Below the pieces are notes generated by a model. That model was not told the origin of the DNA. It made no database searches and saw only the letters and a list, made by a program, of their open reading frames with translations. Made by a program: the position numbers and the translations under genes. Of a stretch of DNA of 64,000 bases, positions 10,031-18,665 are shown piece by piece; the stretch's first letter is position 1, and each line of letters begins with the position of its first letter. The stretch covers positions 503 to 64,502 of the forward strand of contig CAJUCX010000008.1 in the NCBI GenBank assembly GCA_910585195.1. The letters run 5' to 3'. The DNA is from an uncultured Christensenellaceae bacterium. GTDB lineage: Bacteria > Bacillota > Clostridia > Christensenellales > CAG-314.

Positions 10031-10561
10031 ATGCCAAGCACTCTTGACGCAACTCAACACAAACTGCTGTTGCTGTTTGTGTTCGACAAAATGGAAATAC
10101 CTTTGTCGGAAGAAACAATCCTCGATTTGTGCTGCCACACCAACAACTGGATAAGTTACATAGACTGCAAGCAAGCTTTGTCGCAATTGTTGGACGCAAG
10201 TTTCATTTTCAGGATAAACAACAATACTACTTCGGAGCCCCTTTATACGATTACACCAGAGGGGCGAGTTTGTCTTGCGCATTTTTTCGTACGCATTCCG
10301 TCGAGTCTCAGGGAAGTCGTTTCCGAAAGCATAAAAGTAAGCCGTATGTCTTACCGCAGAAAGCAAGAATATTTTTCAGACTATCATAAAAATGCCGACG
10401 GCACTTATGACGTCGCATTAAAAATTTTGGAGCCTACGCAAGCCATTTTGGAAATAAACATAAACGTACCTAACCGCACCACCGCAAAATGGATTTATCA
10501 AAAATGGGAAGAAAAAGCAACGCAGGTTTACTCGGCAATTTACGATTTGCTTGTAGAATAA
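10031..10561 (+). CDS. DUF4364-like putative transcriptional regulator
   Basis: 176 aa. The N-terminus ...HKLLLLFVFDKMEIPLSEETILDLC...NWISYIDCKQALSQLLDASFI resembles the DUF4364 family of Clostridia as I remember it. GGAG RBS before the ATG. Confidence 0.5.
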   Translation: MPSTLDATQHKLLLLFVFDKMEIPLSEETILDLCCHTNNWISYIDCKQALSQLLDASFIFRINNNTTSEPLYTITPEGRVCLAHFFVRIPSSLREVVSESIKVSRMSYRRKQEYFSDYHKNADGTYDVALKILEPTQAILEININVPNRTTAKWIYQKWEEKATQVYSAIYDLLVE

Positions 10562-10791
10562 AATTTTACCTAATCTAAAAAATAACTGTTTTTTCACAAA
10601 GCAGACAATCGCAATTATAACGCTATATATAATAAAGTGAATGCCATAAAAAGCAACACTCATTTACGGCAACGACAACCCGATGGTAAATTAAAATATA
10701 ATTGCGTGATATTTGTTGAATTCAATAAAATGTCGTCAAGGACATAAAAAAAGTTGACACTGATTTTTTTTTAATCTATAATAACACTTGC

Positions 10792-10875
10792 GCGAGGATG
10801 GCGGAATAGGCAGACGCGTACGTTTGAGGGGCGTATGGTTACACCGTGCGGGTTCAAGTCCCGCTCTTCGCACCA
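10792..10875 (+). tRNA. tRNA-Leu (anticodon GAG)
   Basis: Hand-folded cloverleaf: acceptor gcgagga/tcttcgc, anticodon loop ttGAGgg, long variable arm, T-loop ggttcaagtcc, encoded CCA. Confidence 0.85.
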
Positions 10876-10876
10876 T

Positions 10877-10904
10877 AAAAGACACCAAAAGGTGTCTTTT
10901 CTTT
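10877..10904 (+). terminator. Rho-independent terminator after tRNA-Leu(GAG)
   Basis: aaaagacacc-aaaa-ggtgtctttt followed by cttt. Confidence 0.75.
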
Positions 10905-10906
10905 AT

Positions 10907-11057
10907 GCTCAGAGCGGTACCGCTCTGACGTGATTGACACTTCGTGTAGCAATCACTATATTAAACACGAAAAAAATACCATGAGATAATCACGGTATTT
11001 TTTTGTGCTTAGAGCGGAAACCTCTTTGACGCGATTTAACCTTTGTATAGCGATTGC
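10907..11057 (+). repeat. Two ~50-nt direct repeats exactly 100 nt apart (10907-10955, 11007-11057)
   Basis: gctcagagcggtaccgctctgacgtgattgacacttcgtgtagcaatcac versus gcttagagcggaaacctctttgacgcgatttaacctttgtatagcgattgc. Each follows a terminator-like hairpin plus T-run. Confidence 0.6.
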
Positions 11058-11145
11058 ATAAGCCGAGCCGTTTTTGACGGCGAATGCCACGCAACGGAAG
11101 CAAGCATAATTGCATACCCATAATTGCATACCGTAGATACCAAAT

Positions 11146-11183
11146 AAAAACCACAGACACCGTTGCGATGTCTGCGGTTTTTT
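11146..11183. terminator. Bidirectional terminator (end of the ABC exporter operon and of the non-coding stretch after tRNA-Leu)
   Basis: aaaaa-ccacagaca-ccgttgcga-tgtctgcgg-tttttt. Confidence 0.65.
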
Positions 11184-11217
11184 AAGTACTTTTACAAACA
11201 GCAACTCACTTGTTTTA

Positions 11218-12147
11218 TTATTGCTGCTCTGCCTTTGTTTTACGCACTCTTTGATGCTTTCTGTTTTTATAAAGAGACTTTATTAAAAACATAGAAACCA
11301 CAAAGCAAATTATAGCAAATATAATACTGTATAAAATCATACCCCACAACGGAATATCCGCACCGCATAAACCCACGTTGCCGGCAGAAAACCATTTTTC
11401 CTGCATTATTTGCGAAATATCGTCCGGCATGCCGAATTGAGAAAATACGTTGCCCAGTACTATTTGTTTAAGCCAAATTACCAAATGAGTAAACGGCAAC
11501 AGCGAGCCCACGTATATTGCGCCTTCCCCCAAATTTGAATACGGCATATAAGTTCCGCACAAAAAGCCGAGTATAGTACCTAAAATTCCGGAAATAACGC
11601 CTATTGCCACAGAAGAACGAACCGCAGTTGTGATAAGCAGCATAATGGCGCAACCGACCATAGTCGTTATTATAAGCACGCCGAATATTGCAAAGAACGC
11701 TCCCGCGCTTATCCAAACGCCGGTAACTGCACCTATGATTATCACCGATACTACAAGAGTCAGCAAATTGAGCGCAAACGAAACGGTAAGAGCAGATATA
11801 AGGTAAGACAGCGTGATTTGCGCAGAGCTTATTTTTGTAAGCAAAAAGGCTTCCGTCTTGTGTTCTTCGAAGTCATACGCCATAAAGGTAAACATACCCG
11901 TTGAAAGCGAAACGGAATTTATAACTAGCACGCCCATAATCATTTGCAGATAAATTGCCGCGTCAAGTTGACCAGCCGTCAACGCAAGCCCCGCCGCTTC
12001 GTTGAAGCCCTGCGAATATAAATTTGCAATAAATAAAAAGTATAAAGCGATAAGTATAATGCTGGAAATCAACGATGAAAAGAATACCTGCGGACTGCGC
12101 AAAAATAGCAGACAATTTCTTTTAGATAAAGACAAAATATTTTTCAT
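11218..12147 (-). CDS. ABC-2 type transporter permease
   Basis: 309-aa six-TM protein. Its start overlaps the stop of the upstream ATPase gene (12144-12147). Confidence 0.75.
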   Translation of the reverse strand: MKNILSLSKRNCLLFLRSPQVFFSSLISSIILIALYFLFIANLYSQGFNEAAGLALTAGQLDAAIYLQMIMGVLVINSVSLSTGMFTFMAYDFEEHKTEAFLLTKISSAQITLSYLISALTVSFALNLLTLVVSVIIIGAVTGVWISAGAFFAIFGVLIITTMVGCAIMLLITTAVRSSVAIGVISGILGTILGFLCGTYMPYSNLGEGAIYVGSLLPFTHLVIWLKQIVLGNVFSQFGMPDDISQIMQEKWFSAGNVGLCGADIPLWGMILYSIIFAIICFVVSMFLIKSLYKNRKHQRVRKTKAEQQ

Positions 12148-13052
12148 TTTACTTCTCCTCTTATTGTTTGCCCTACTGCATTTAAGAATACGTCGTCCAT
12201 ACTGCCCTTTACTACTTCAAACAACTTTATTTGGTCTTTCATTTTGCTTAAAAACTCTATCTCTTCGTCGGCGTTTTTAGACAAAAATTCAAATTGGTCG
12301 GCAATCTTAGTATACGGCATATCGCCCAAAAGCGAGACGAACTTCTCTTCGTTTTTAGGCACTATTTTTATTTTGTCGGCGGAATATTTTTCTTTAAGCA
12401 AACTAGGCGTGCCTTCTGCAATCTTTTTGCCGTTGTGAATGATAACCACTTCGTCGGCGTCGGCGGTCTCTTCCATATAGTGAGTGGTCAAAAATACAGT
12501 CATGCCCGTATCCCTTCTTATTTTGTTTATGACCCGCCAAACGTCTATTCTTGTCTTTGGGTCAAGTCCCGTCGTAGGTTCATCCAAAAACAAAATTTCG
12601 GGAGTGTTGAACAATGCTCTTGCAACTTCCACCCTGCGTTTTTGTCCGCCGGAAAGCGTTTTGAATTTTTTCTTTTCAAACTCCTTAAACTCGAAAAGTT
12701 TTGCAAGTTCTTCATAACGGTTCTTTATGCGTTCGTTATTCTCCGCATAAAGCCTGCCGTAAAGTTTTATGTTTTCTTCCACCGTCAAAAAGTTGTCCAA
12801 AATGTTGTTTTGAAACACTACACCGATTTTTTCCTTAAACCGTGTAAAAGTTTGGTCGCCTGCATAAACGATTTCGCCGCCGTCGCGCTCCAACGTGCCG
12901 ATAAGCATATTTATCGTGGTGCTTTTGCCTGCGCCGTTCTGCCCCAAAAACGCAAACAGTTTGCCGCTTTCTACATTAAAAGAAAGGTCGTCAACGGCTT
13001 TCAACTGCCCGAAACTTTTTGACAGGTGCTTTACACTTAAAATTTCTGCCAT
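12144..13052 (-). CDS. ABC transporter ATP-binding protein (DrrA/CcmA-like exporter ATPase)
   Basis: Walker A GQNGAGKST, signature LSGGQKRR, Walker B ILFLDEPTTGLD, H-loop TTHYMEE. Confidence 0.9.
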   Translation of the reverse strand: MAEILSVKHLSKSFGQLKAVDDLSFNVESGKLFAFLGQNGAGKSTTINMLIGTLERDGGEIVYAGDQTFTRFKEKIGVVFQNNILDNFLTVEENIKLYGRLYAENNERIKNRYEELAKLFEFKEFEKKKFKTLSGGQKRRVEVARALFNTPEILFLDEPTTGLDPKTRIDVWRVINKIRRDTGMTVFLTTHYMEETADADEVVIIHNGKKIAEGTPSLLKEKYSADKIKIVPKNEEKFVSLLGDMPYTKIADQFEFLSKNADEEIEFLSKMKDQIKLFEVVKGSMDDVFLNAVGQTIRGEVK

Positions 13053-13081
13053 ATGTTCTCCTTATAAAATTTTATATTATC

Positions 13082-13297
13082 TCAATAATCTGCAATTATC
13101 TTTTTGCAATTTTCGCAGACGAATGCTTTAATGCGCGTGCGGTGCCCTACTTCAAAATCTGCAATCTTAATATAACCGTCTGCTTTTTTTGCATTTGAAA
13201 ATACAGCGGGAGTTTCTTTTGCGAAACTTAACGCCCCGTCTTTTGAACCGAACAAATAACCTTCTTTCATTTCTTCATTGCAATAAGGACATTTCAT
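13082..13297 (-). CDS. Small zinc-ribbon protein
   Basis: 71 aa with CPYC near the N-terminus and CENC near the C-terminus; same operon as the ABC exporter. Confidence 0.55.
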   Translation of the reverse strand: MKCPYCNEEMKEGYLFGSKDGALSFAKETPAVFSNAKKADGYIKIADFEVGHRTRIKAFVCENCKKIIADY

Positions 13298-13314
13298 AAC
13301 TTAAACTCTACTAT

Positions 13315-13530
13315 TTACTTCTCTTCGTTTCTGTCGGAAAAAACCTTTGCCGCAATATCCATAAAACATGCCTTAGGCGGAATTGCAATGCCCTGCTTTT
13401 CGTCTGCAAGCAAAATTAAAGTGTCGCCTGAATTTATGCCGAAAATTTCTCTTGCCTGCTTAGGGATAACTATCTGCCCCTTTTCTCCGACTGTTACAGT
13501 CCACGCATATTTACCGTTGTTCTCAGCCAT
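13315..13530 (-). CDS. AbrB/MazE/SpoVT-family DNA-binding protein
   Basis: 71 aa. VGEKGQIVIPKQAREIFGINSGDTL is the looped-hinge-helix signature. First gene of the exporter operon. Confidence 0.75.
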   Translation of the reverse strand: MAENNGKYAWTVTVGEKGQIVIPKQAREIFGINSGDTLILLADEKQGIAIPPKACFMDIAAKVFSDRNEEK

Positions 13531-13533
13531 ACG

Positions 13534-13546
13534 CCCCCCCCCCCCC
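13534..13546 (-). repeat. Homopolymeric G13 tract (C13 on + strand) 3 nt upstream of the AbrB-like start codon
   Basis: Read directly: ...tttgtaGGGGGGGGGGGGGcgtATG on the minus strand. It occupies the RBS position in an otherwise AT-rich genome. Confidence 0.95.
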
Positions 13547-13599
13547 TACAAATTTTTATAATTCTTGCAGGGGTATGATAAGTATGATTTGTATAACTT

Positions 13600-13628
13600 A
13601 TTATGCACACATCTTTCATAAATGTCAA
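13600..13628 (-). promoter_or_regulatory. Candidate promoter of the AbrB-ABC operon
   Basis: Minus strand TTGACA-17 nt-CATAAT, ~60 nt upstream of the G13 tract. Confidence 0.5.
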
Positions 13629-13787
13629 CAGCAATATTTGTTTTTACTAAATAAATTATTTTACAAAATGCAATCACACTTTATCACTCGGCAGGGTGCA
13701 AATGCAATAGAACTTTTTCTTGCCGGTTGACAAATTTGCTTCTTCCAAGTAGAATTTGTAAAAAATATCTACCTATGAGAGAAAATT

Positions 13788-14291
13788 ATGTTTACGCTTG
13801 ACAAATGGCAACAAAATTACGCACAAGACGTTGCAAAATATGCAAACAATAAAAATATCGCCGACAAACTGCGCAACGCCTTTCCGCACCCTTATATGCC
13901 TGAAGATGCAAAAAATTTTATTACAGATTGCATAAACCGCGACGGAAAAGACTGCATAACGCGCGCGATAACCGTTGACGGCATTGCCGTCGGCAGTATT
14001 GGCGTGTTTCTTAAAGACGACGTTTACTGCAAAAGCGCAGAACTCGGCTATTGGCTTGCGGAAGATTTTTGGGGCAAAGGAATAATGACGCAGGCAATAA
14101 AACAAATTTGCGCTCTTGCATTTGAAGCGTTCGATATAGTCAGAATTTTTGCCGAACCGTTTGCAGATAACCGCGCGTCGATTGCCGTACTTGAAAAATG
14201 CGGTTTTTCCCGTGAAGGACGATTGATAAAAAGCGTTTGGAAAAACAATAAATTTCACGACTCTTTTATATATGCATTGATTAAAGAATAA
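13788..14291 (+). CDS. GNAT family N-acetyltransferase (RimJ/RimL-like)
   Basis: 167 aa. ELGYWLAEDFWGKGIMTQA...IFAEPFADNRASIAVLEKCGF is the acetyl-CoA binding core. Confidence 0.8.
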   Translation: MFTLDKWQQNYAQDVAKYANNKNIADKLRNAFPHPYMPEDAKNFITDCINRDGKDCITRAITVDGIAVGSIGVFLKDDVYCKSAELGYWLAEDFWGKGIMTQAIKQICALAFEAFDIVRIFAEPFADNRASIAVLEKCGFSREGRLIKSVWKNNKFHDSFIYALIKE

Positions 14292-14320
14292 GCAAAAAAA
14301 CCTTAATTAAAGAAAAAACA

Positions 14321-14346
14321 AAACTCGGGACAACCCGAGTTTTTTA
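14321..14346 (+). terminator. Rho-independent terminator after the GNAT gene
   Basis: actcggg-acaa-cccgagt followed by ttttt. Confidence 0.75.
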
Positions 14347-14518
14347 TTTATTGCTCAAAGCAAAAATTATTTTGAGGCGGCGAAACGTCATCGAAAATAA
14401 AAATACGGTATTTTGCAAAATCTATTTTGTTTTTAATGTTATAAAAATTTCTTTTTTGCCAAAAATTTACAACAACGATTTGTTAAAATTTACAAAATCT
14501 TAAAAAGGAGAATTTGAT

Positions 14519-15028
14519 ATGAAAAAAAGATTTATTGCACTTACTCTTTTGATGATTGCTTCCGTAGCGGTATTTGCAGGGTGCGGCGGTCCTCAGTCTA
14601 AGACCTTTTCAAAAGACGGCGTTTCTATCGTGCTTAACACGGACTTTAAGGAAGAAACCAAAGCAGGTCATACAATGTACCTCGAAAGCAACTATGCTTC
14701 CGTTTCTATCAAGAGAGAACGCTTTGACGATTTGGACGGACTTACCAACGAAAGCAGTTTGCGCGATTACACAAACTCGGTAGTAAACAACAATGAACTC
14801 GGCACCGTAACAATACAGAATAACAGCGGAAACAGTTATAACTACGATTACTTCACTTATGAAAAGAAAGTAAATAACGAAAGTTATACCTATATGGCAA
14901 CAACCGTTAAAGGCAACGATTCATTTTATCTTATAACTTTCCAAACTAAAAAGACCGATTACTCTACCTATAAGACAAATTTTGAAGAATGGGCAAAATC
15001 GGTAAAAGTTGACGGAGCGGCCGATTAA
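14519..15028 (+). CDS. Putative lipoprotein, function unknown
   Basis: Signal peptide with lipobox VFAGC. AGGAG RBS. 169 aa. Confidence 0.7.
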   Translation: MKKRFIALTLLMIASVAVFAGCGGPQSKTFSKDGVSIVLNTDFKEETKAGHTMYLESNYASVSIKRERFDDLDGLTNESSLRDYTNSVVNNNELGTVTIQNNSGNSYNYDYFTYEKKVNNESYTYMATTVKGNDSFYLITFQTKKTDYSTYKTNFEEWAKSVKVDGAAD

Positions 15029-15044
15029 GCAAAAATGCAAATCC

Positions 15045-15132
15045 TCTGCTTACGCCGTTTGCATTTTTGAACTGTGGTGCGCTTGCACGCGCAATCTTGT
15101 TTACAAATAAGTATCTTATTTGCAAACTAAAC
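15045..15132. repeat. Intergenic repeat family, copy C (inverted relative to copy B)
   Basis: gtgcgcttgcacgcgcaatcttgtttacaaataagtatcttatttgcaaac. Confidence 0.7.
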
Positions 15133-15159
15133 CTTTTTTAAGTTAAATCTTTTTACAGA

Positions 15160-15190
15160 AAAAAGACGGAAGTTTATTCCGTCTTTTTTC
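15160..15190. terminator. Bidirectional terminator between the lipoprotein gene and the feo operon
   Basis: aaaaagacgga-agtttat-tccgtcttttt. Confidence 0.75.
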
Positions 15191-15308
15191 TGTATGCCCT
15201 GTATTTGATTGTCGGATACTTTGCCCTTATACCCGACAGACAACGAACTGTTTGTTTTGCAAACTTCTTTTGCATTATTTATCGGTAAAGTTTTTTATTA
15301 CCGAAAAT

Positions 15309-15479
15309 TTATTTCAACTCTTTATCTTTTTGTTTTGCCGTATGGCAGCCGGAGCAAGCGGAACAATTTCCGCCGCAACCGCAGCCCTTATTTTTATTAT
15401 TCTTGCGAATGCTGAAAATTATGCCGAAAACACTTAATGCCAATATCGCAACGAGAACTATAACTTCCCATACGTTCAT
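15309..15479 (-). CDS. FeoB-associated Cys-rich membrane protein (56 aa, below the ORF-track cutoff)
   Basis: Hand translation: MNVWEVIVLVAILALSVFGIIFSIRKNNKNKGCGCGGNCSACSGCHTAKQKDKELK. One TM helix plus a Cys cluster. Its ATG overlaps the feoB stop (ATGA). Confidence 0.75.
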   Translation of the reverse strand: MNVWEVIVLVAILALSVFGIIFSIRKNNKNKGCGCGGNCSACSGCHTAKQKDKELK

Positions 15480-17701
15480 ACAGCCACCGCCTTTCGCTTC
15501 TTTTTATTTCTTAAATACAACACCGTAAGCGCAGCAATAACGGCAACGATAAGAATTAAACCAATCCACCAGTAAGACACGCTCCAATATACTACCATCG
15601 AAACGACGTAAGCGGTAAGAACCCAAAAGCCTATTGCACCCCACGTACGTTTGCCGCTGCCCATTTCTCCGTAAACGGCGGCAACCATTGCCATGCACGG
15701 CACTGCAAGCAAGTTGAACAGCATAAACGAATATGCGCCTGCGACGGAAAGTCCGCCAATCATTGCTTCGAGCCCTGCGCCGCCTGCCAAAACTTCCATA
15801 GTGGCAACAACGTCTTCTTTTGCAAGCAAACCGGTAATCGACGCTACGACGAACTTCCAACCGTCCGGACCTTGTGCAAAACCCAGCGGATAGAATATGT
15901 ATTTAATTACGTTGCCGATTTGCCCCAGTATACTCAACTCTATGTCTTCTACCATTCCGTTCCAGAAAGTGAAACCGAAGTTAGACAAGAACCAAATAAC
16001 TACTATCGACGCAGTGATTATCGTGCCTGCTTTTATGATAAAGTGTTTAAGTTTTTCCCACAGGTGCGCCATCAGGTTTCTGAATTGCGGCAAGTGATAT
16101 GACGGCAATTCCATAATAAACGGAGGCGTTGCACCTTTGAGAACTGTAAATTTAAGTATTATTGCGGCTATAATTGCAACCACTATACCTATAAGGTAAA
16201 CAGAGAACACAACCAAGTCTCCGAACTGACCTGCAAACATTACGCCTGCAAATGCCAGCCAGATAGGCAATTTTGCACCGCAGGAGAAGAACGGCGCTAT
16301 CATCATAGTCATACGGCGTTCTTTTTCGTTTTCCAAAGTTTTTGTGGCCATTACGCCGGGGACTCCGCAGCCGAAACACATAAGAAGCGGCATAAACGCT
16401 TTGCCTGACAGACCGAATTTGCGGAATGCCCTATCCATAATAAACGCTGCTCTTGCCATATAACCGCTGTCTTCCAAAATAGAAAGGAACAAGAACAGCA
16501 ACAATATTTGCGGCAAAAATGAGAATATCGCGTCAAGACCCGAAAGCAAACCGTCGCAAATAAGACCCGACAGCCAAGCAGGAGCCGACTCCAACCAACC
16601 GGCAAACAAATCTATTATGCTGCCGGTAAGCCAGCCCATCCAACTTTGCAACCATACGCCCAGCGACGGTATACCGCCTAGCACGACCGCCTCGCCGGTT
16701 TCAAGCGCTTCTTCGAGCATACCCTCATAGCCCATACCGGTAAAGAAGTTTATCCAACCGGGATTTGTAATTTCAAGACCGAATATGCCGTTTAAGAACA
16801 AGAAGTCTTCCGCAAAAGTGAAATGGAAGATACCAAACATTATTAGGAGGAACAACGGTATACCCCAAATTCTGTGCGTAAGCACTCTGTCAGCCTTGTC
16901 GCTTTTGCTGACTTCTTGTCTCTTGGCTTTTTTAACTGCCGACTGAACGTGCTGCGACAAGAAACAATATCTTGCGTCGGCAACAACCGCGCCGAAATCG
17001 TCATCGAACGACTTCGCGTCGATTTCCTTTTTAAGTTCCGCAGTTATCGTTGCGATTTGCGGATATAATTGCACTTCCAGTTCGTCTGCTTCCAACATCT
17101 TGACCGCGTGAAAAACTTTGTTTTGGCAGCTTTCTTCGCCGTAAAGCGTCAATGTCTTTTGGAAAAGACTCTTCAACAGACTTGAACTTTCTATTACAGA
17201 AGAACCTTTCCTAGGTTTTTGCGAAACGTCATAAGCAACTTTCATCAGTTGATTGATATTTTTACCTTTAAGCGCGCTTATTTCCACAACAGGCACGCCG
17301 AAAGTTTTTTCTATCTTGTCTTTGTCTACAACGTCGCCGTTTTTTTCTACCGCGTCCATCATATTGAGCGCGATAACCATAGGGACGTCCGTTTCCAACA
17401 ACTGCGTGGAAAGATACAAGTTTCTTTCCAAATTAGTGGCGTCTACTATATTTATAATGACGTCGGGTTTTTCATCCAAAATAAAGTTTCTGGATACTAC
17501 TTCTTCAGGCGTATAAGGCGACAGCGAGTATATACCCGGCAAGTCGACTATATGTACCTTTTCAGGCAATTTTTTATAACTGCCCTCTCTCTTGTCAACC
17601 GTTACGCCCGGCCAGTTGCCTACGTGCGCCGTACTGCCCGTTAAAGCATTAAACAGCGTAGTCTTGCCGGAGTTTGGGTTGCCCGCCAAACAAAACTTCA
17701 T
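15476..17701 (-). CDS. feoB: Ferrous iron transporter FeoB
   Basis: N-terminal G-domain GNPNSGKTTLFNALTG...DLPGIYSL...NMMD followed by a polytopic membrane domain; 741 aa. Confidence 0.95.
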   Translation of the reverse strand: MKFCLAGNPNSGKTTLFNALTGSTAHVGNWPGVTVDKREGSYKKLPEKVHIVDLPGIYSLSPYTPEEVVSRNFILDEKPDVIINIVDATNLERNLYLSTQLLETDVPMVIALNMMDAVEKNGDVVDKDKIEKTFGVPVVEISALKGKNINQLMKVAYDVSQKPRKGSSVIESSSLLKSLFQKTLTLYGEESCQNKVFHAVKMLEADELEVQLYPQIATITAELKKEIDAKSFDDDFGAVVADARYCFLSQHVQSAVKKAKRQEVSKSDKADRVLTHRIWGIPLFLLIMFGIFHFTFAEDFLFLNGIFGLEITNPGWINFFTGMGYEGMLEEALETGEAVVLGGIPSLGVWLQSWMGWLTGSIIDLFAGWLESAPAWLSGLICDGLLSGLDAIFSFLPQILLLFLFLSILEDSGYMARAAFIMDRAFRKFGLSGKAFMPLLMCFGCGVPGVMATKTLENEKERRMTMMIAPFFSCGAKLPIWLAFAGVMFAGQFGDLVVFSVYLIGIVVAIIAAIILKFTVLKGATPPFIMELPSYHLPQFRNLMAHLWEKLKHFIIKAGTIITASIVVIWFLSNFGFTFWNGMVEDIELSILGQIGNVIKYIFYPLGFAQGPDGWKFVVASITGLLAKEDVVATMEVLAGGAGLEAMIGGLSVAGAYSFMLFNLLAVPCMAMVAAVYGEMGSGKRTWGAIGFWVLTAYVVSMVVYWSVSYWWIGLILIVAVIAALTVLYLRNKKKRKAVAV

Positions 17702-17931
17702 CCTTCAACCTCCATCGTAACTTCTTTTGCTTCGTCTCTTCTTACGGAAAGTTCATACCCGCGCAGCATTATGCACAGCGGGTCGCCCAACGGAGCAACT
17801 TTGACAAGTTTTATCTCCGCGCCGGGTGTAACGCCCATATCGTAAAGACGCCTTTTTATCTTTCCGCAGTTTTCGATTTTTGCCACTACACCGATTTCTC
17901 CCGGTGCAAACTCATTCAGCAATTTTTTCAT
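17698..17931 (-). CDS. feoA: FeoA family protein
   Basis: 77-aa SH3-like FeoA (RRLYDMGVTPGAEIKLVKVAPLGDP). Overlaps the feoB start. Confidence 0.85.
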   Translation of the reverse strand: MKKLLNEFAPGEIGVVAKIENCGKIKRRLYDMGVTPGAEIKLVKVAPLGDPLCIMLRGYELSVRRDEAKEVTMEVEG

Positions 17932-17943
17932 CTTCCACTCCTG

Positions 17944-18156
17944 TTACGCTACGGTAATTTTTGTCGCCAACTGCTTGTTTAACGCAAGTTTACAGTCTTT
18001 GACTTTTATTATGACGTCGCCCTTCTGCTCGCTAAGCATAACGACTTCCGCACCGACCAATATACCTAAATTTGCAAGATGCCTCTTTACGTTTTCGTCG
18101 GCAGACATTCTGACAACCTTTACCGTTCTGCCGATAGGCGCAATAGACAACGGCAT
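17944..18156 (-). CDS. feoA: FeoA family protein (second copy)
   Basis: MPLSIAPIGRTVKVVRM...RHLANLGILVGAEV. ATG 18156 lies 8 nt after GGAGG (the ORF track starts at 18171). Confidence 0.8.
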   Translation of the reverse strand: MPLSIAPIGRTVKVVRMSADENVKRHLANLGILVGAEVVMLSEQKGDVIIKVKDCKLALNKQLATKITVA

Positions 18157-18224
18157 AAAAATTACCTCCAAATTGTTTTGACTAACGATTTGTTTTATTT
18201 GTTAGTTTTAACCAACCGTTTATC

Positions 18225-18240
18225 GTTAGTTAATGCTAAC
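18225..18240. promoter_or_regulatory. Candidate metalloregulator operator upstream of the feo operon
   Basis: Inverted repeat GTTAGttaatgCTAAC. Further ttag/ctaac half-sites occur at 18181-18215. It loosely resembles DtxR/IdeR-type boxes (TTAGGTTAGCCTAACCTAA). Confidence 0.3.
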
Positions 18241-18665
18241 AACGGACTTAAAAAAATTCGGCACAGACGCCAAAAACTTTTAACTTCTTGTTAGCATATG
18301 CTTACTTACAGACAGATATTACACCTAATCAAAAATACTGTCAAGCATTATTTTATAAATTTTTACAATTTTTTTACTACCGTTATTTTACAAGTAAAAT
18401 CAAATATGTTTGCAGATTAGTTTTTGCTGCGGCATATATCCTTTATATTTCAGCACTGTTTATTAAGACAAATTAAATACATCTCTTTAATATATGAAAA
18501 AAACATACGCGCTGATTTCAAACCATCCATCATTTTTAGAAGATATTTCTAATCACATTTATATTTCTTATAAAAATTCTTTTATTTTGCGACAAAACGC
18601 TTTACTTTATTGCTTTATTGTGGTAAAGTATACGCATAAATCAATTATCATTAGGAGAATTCACA

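Noticed and set aside
12294-13022. 242-aa + strand ORF
   Set aside because: It is antisense to the ABC ATPase, which has unmistakable Walker/signature motifs, and its composition is implausible. Similar shadow ORFs were rejected at 8071-8601, 13773-14258, 20227-20769, 4514-4993, 24976-25458, 29404-29931 and 33632-34087.
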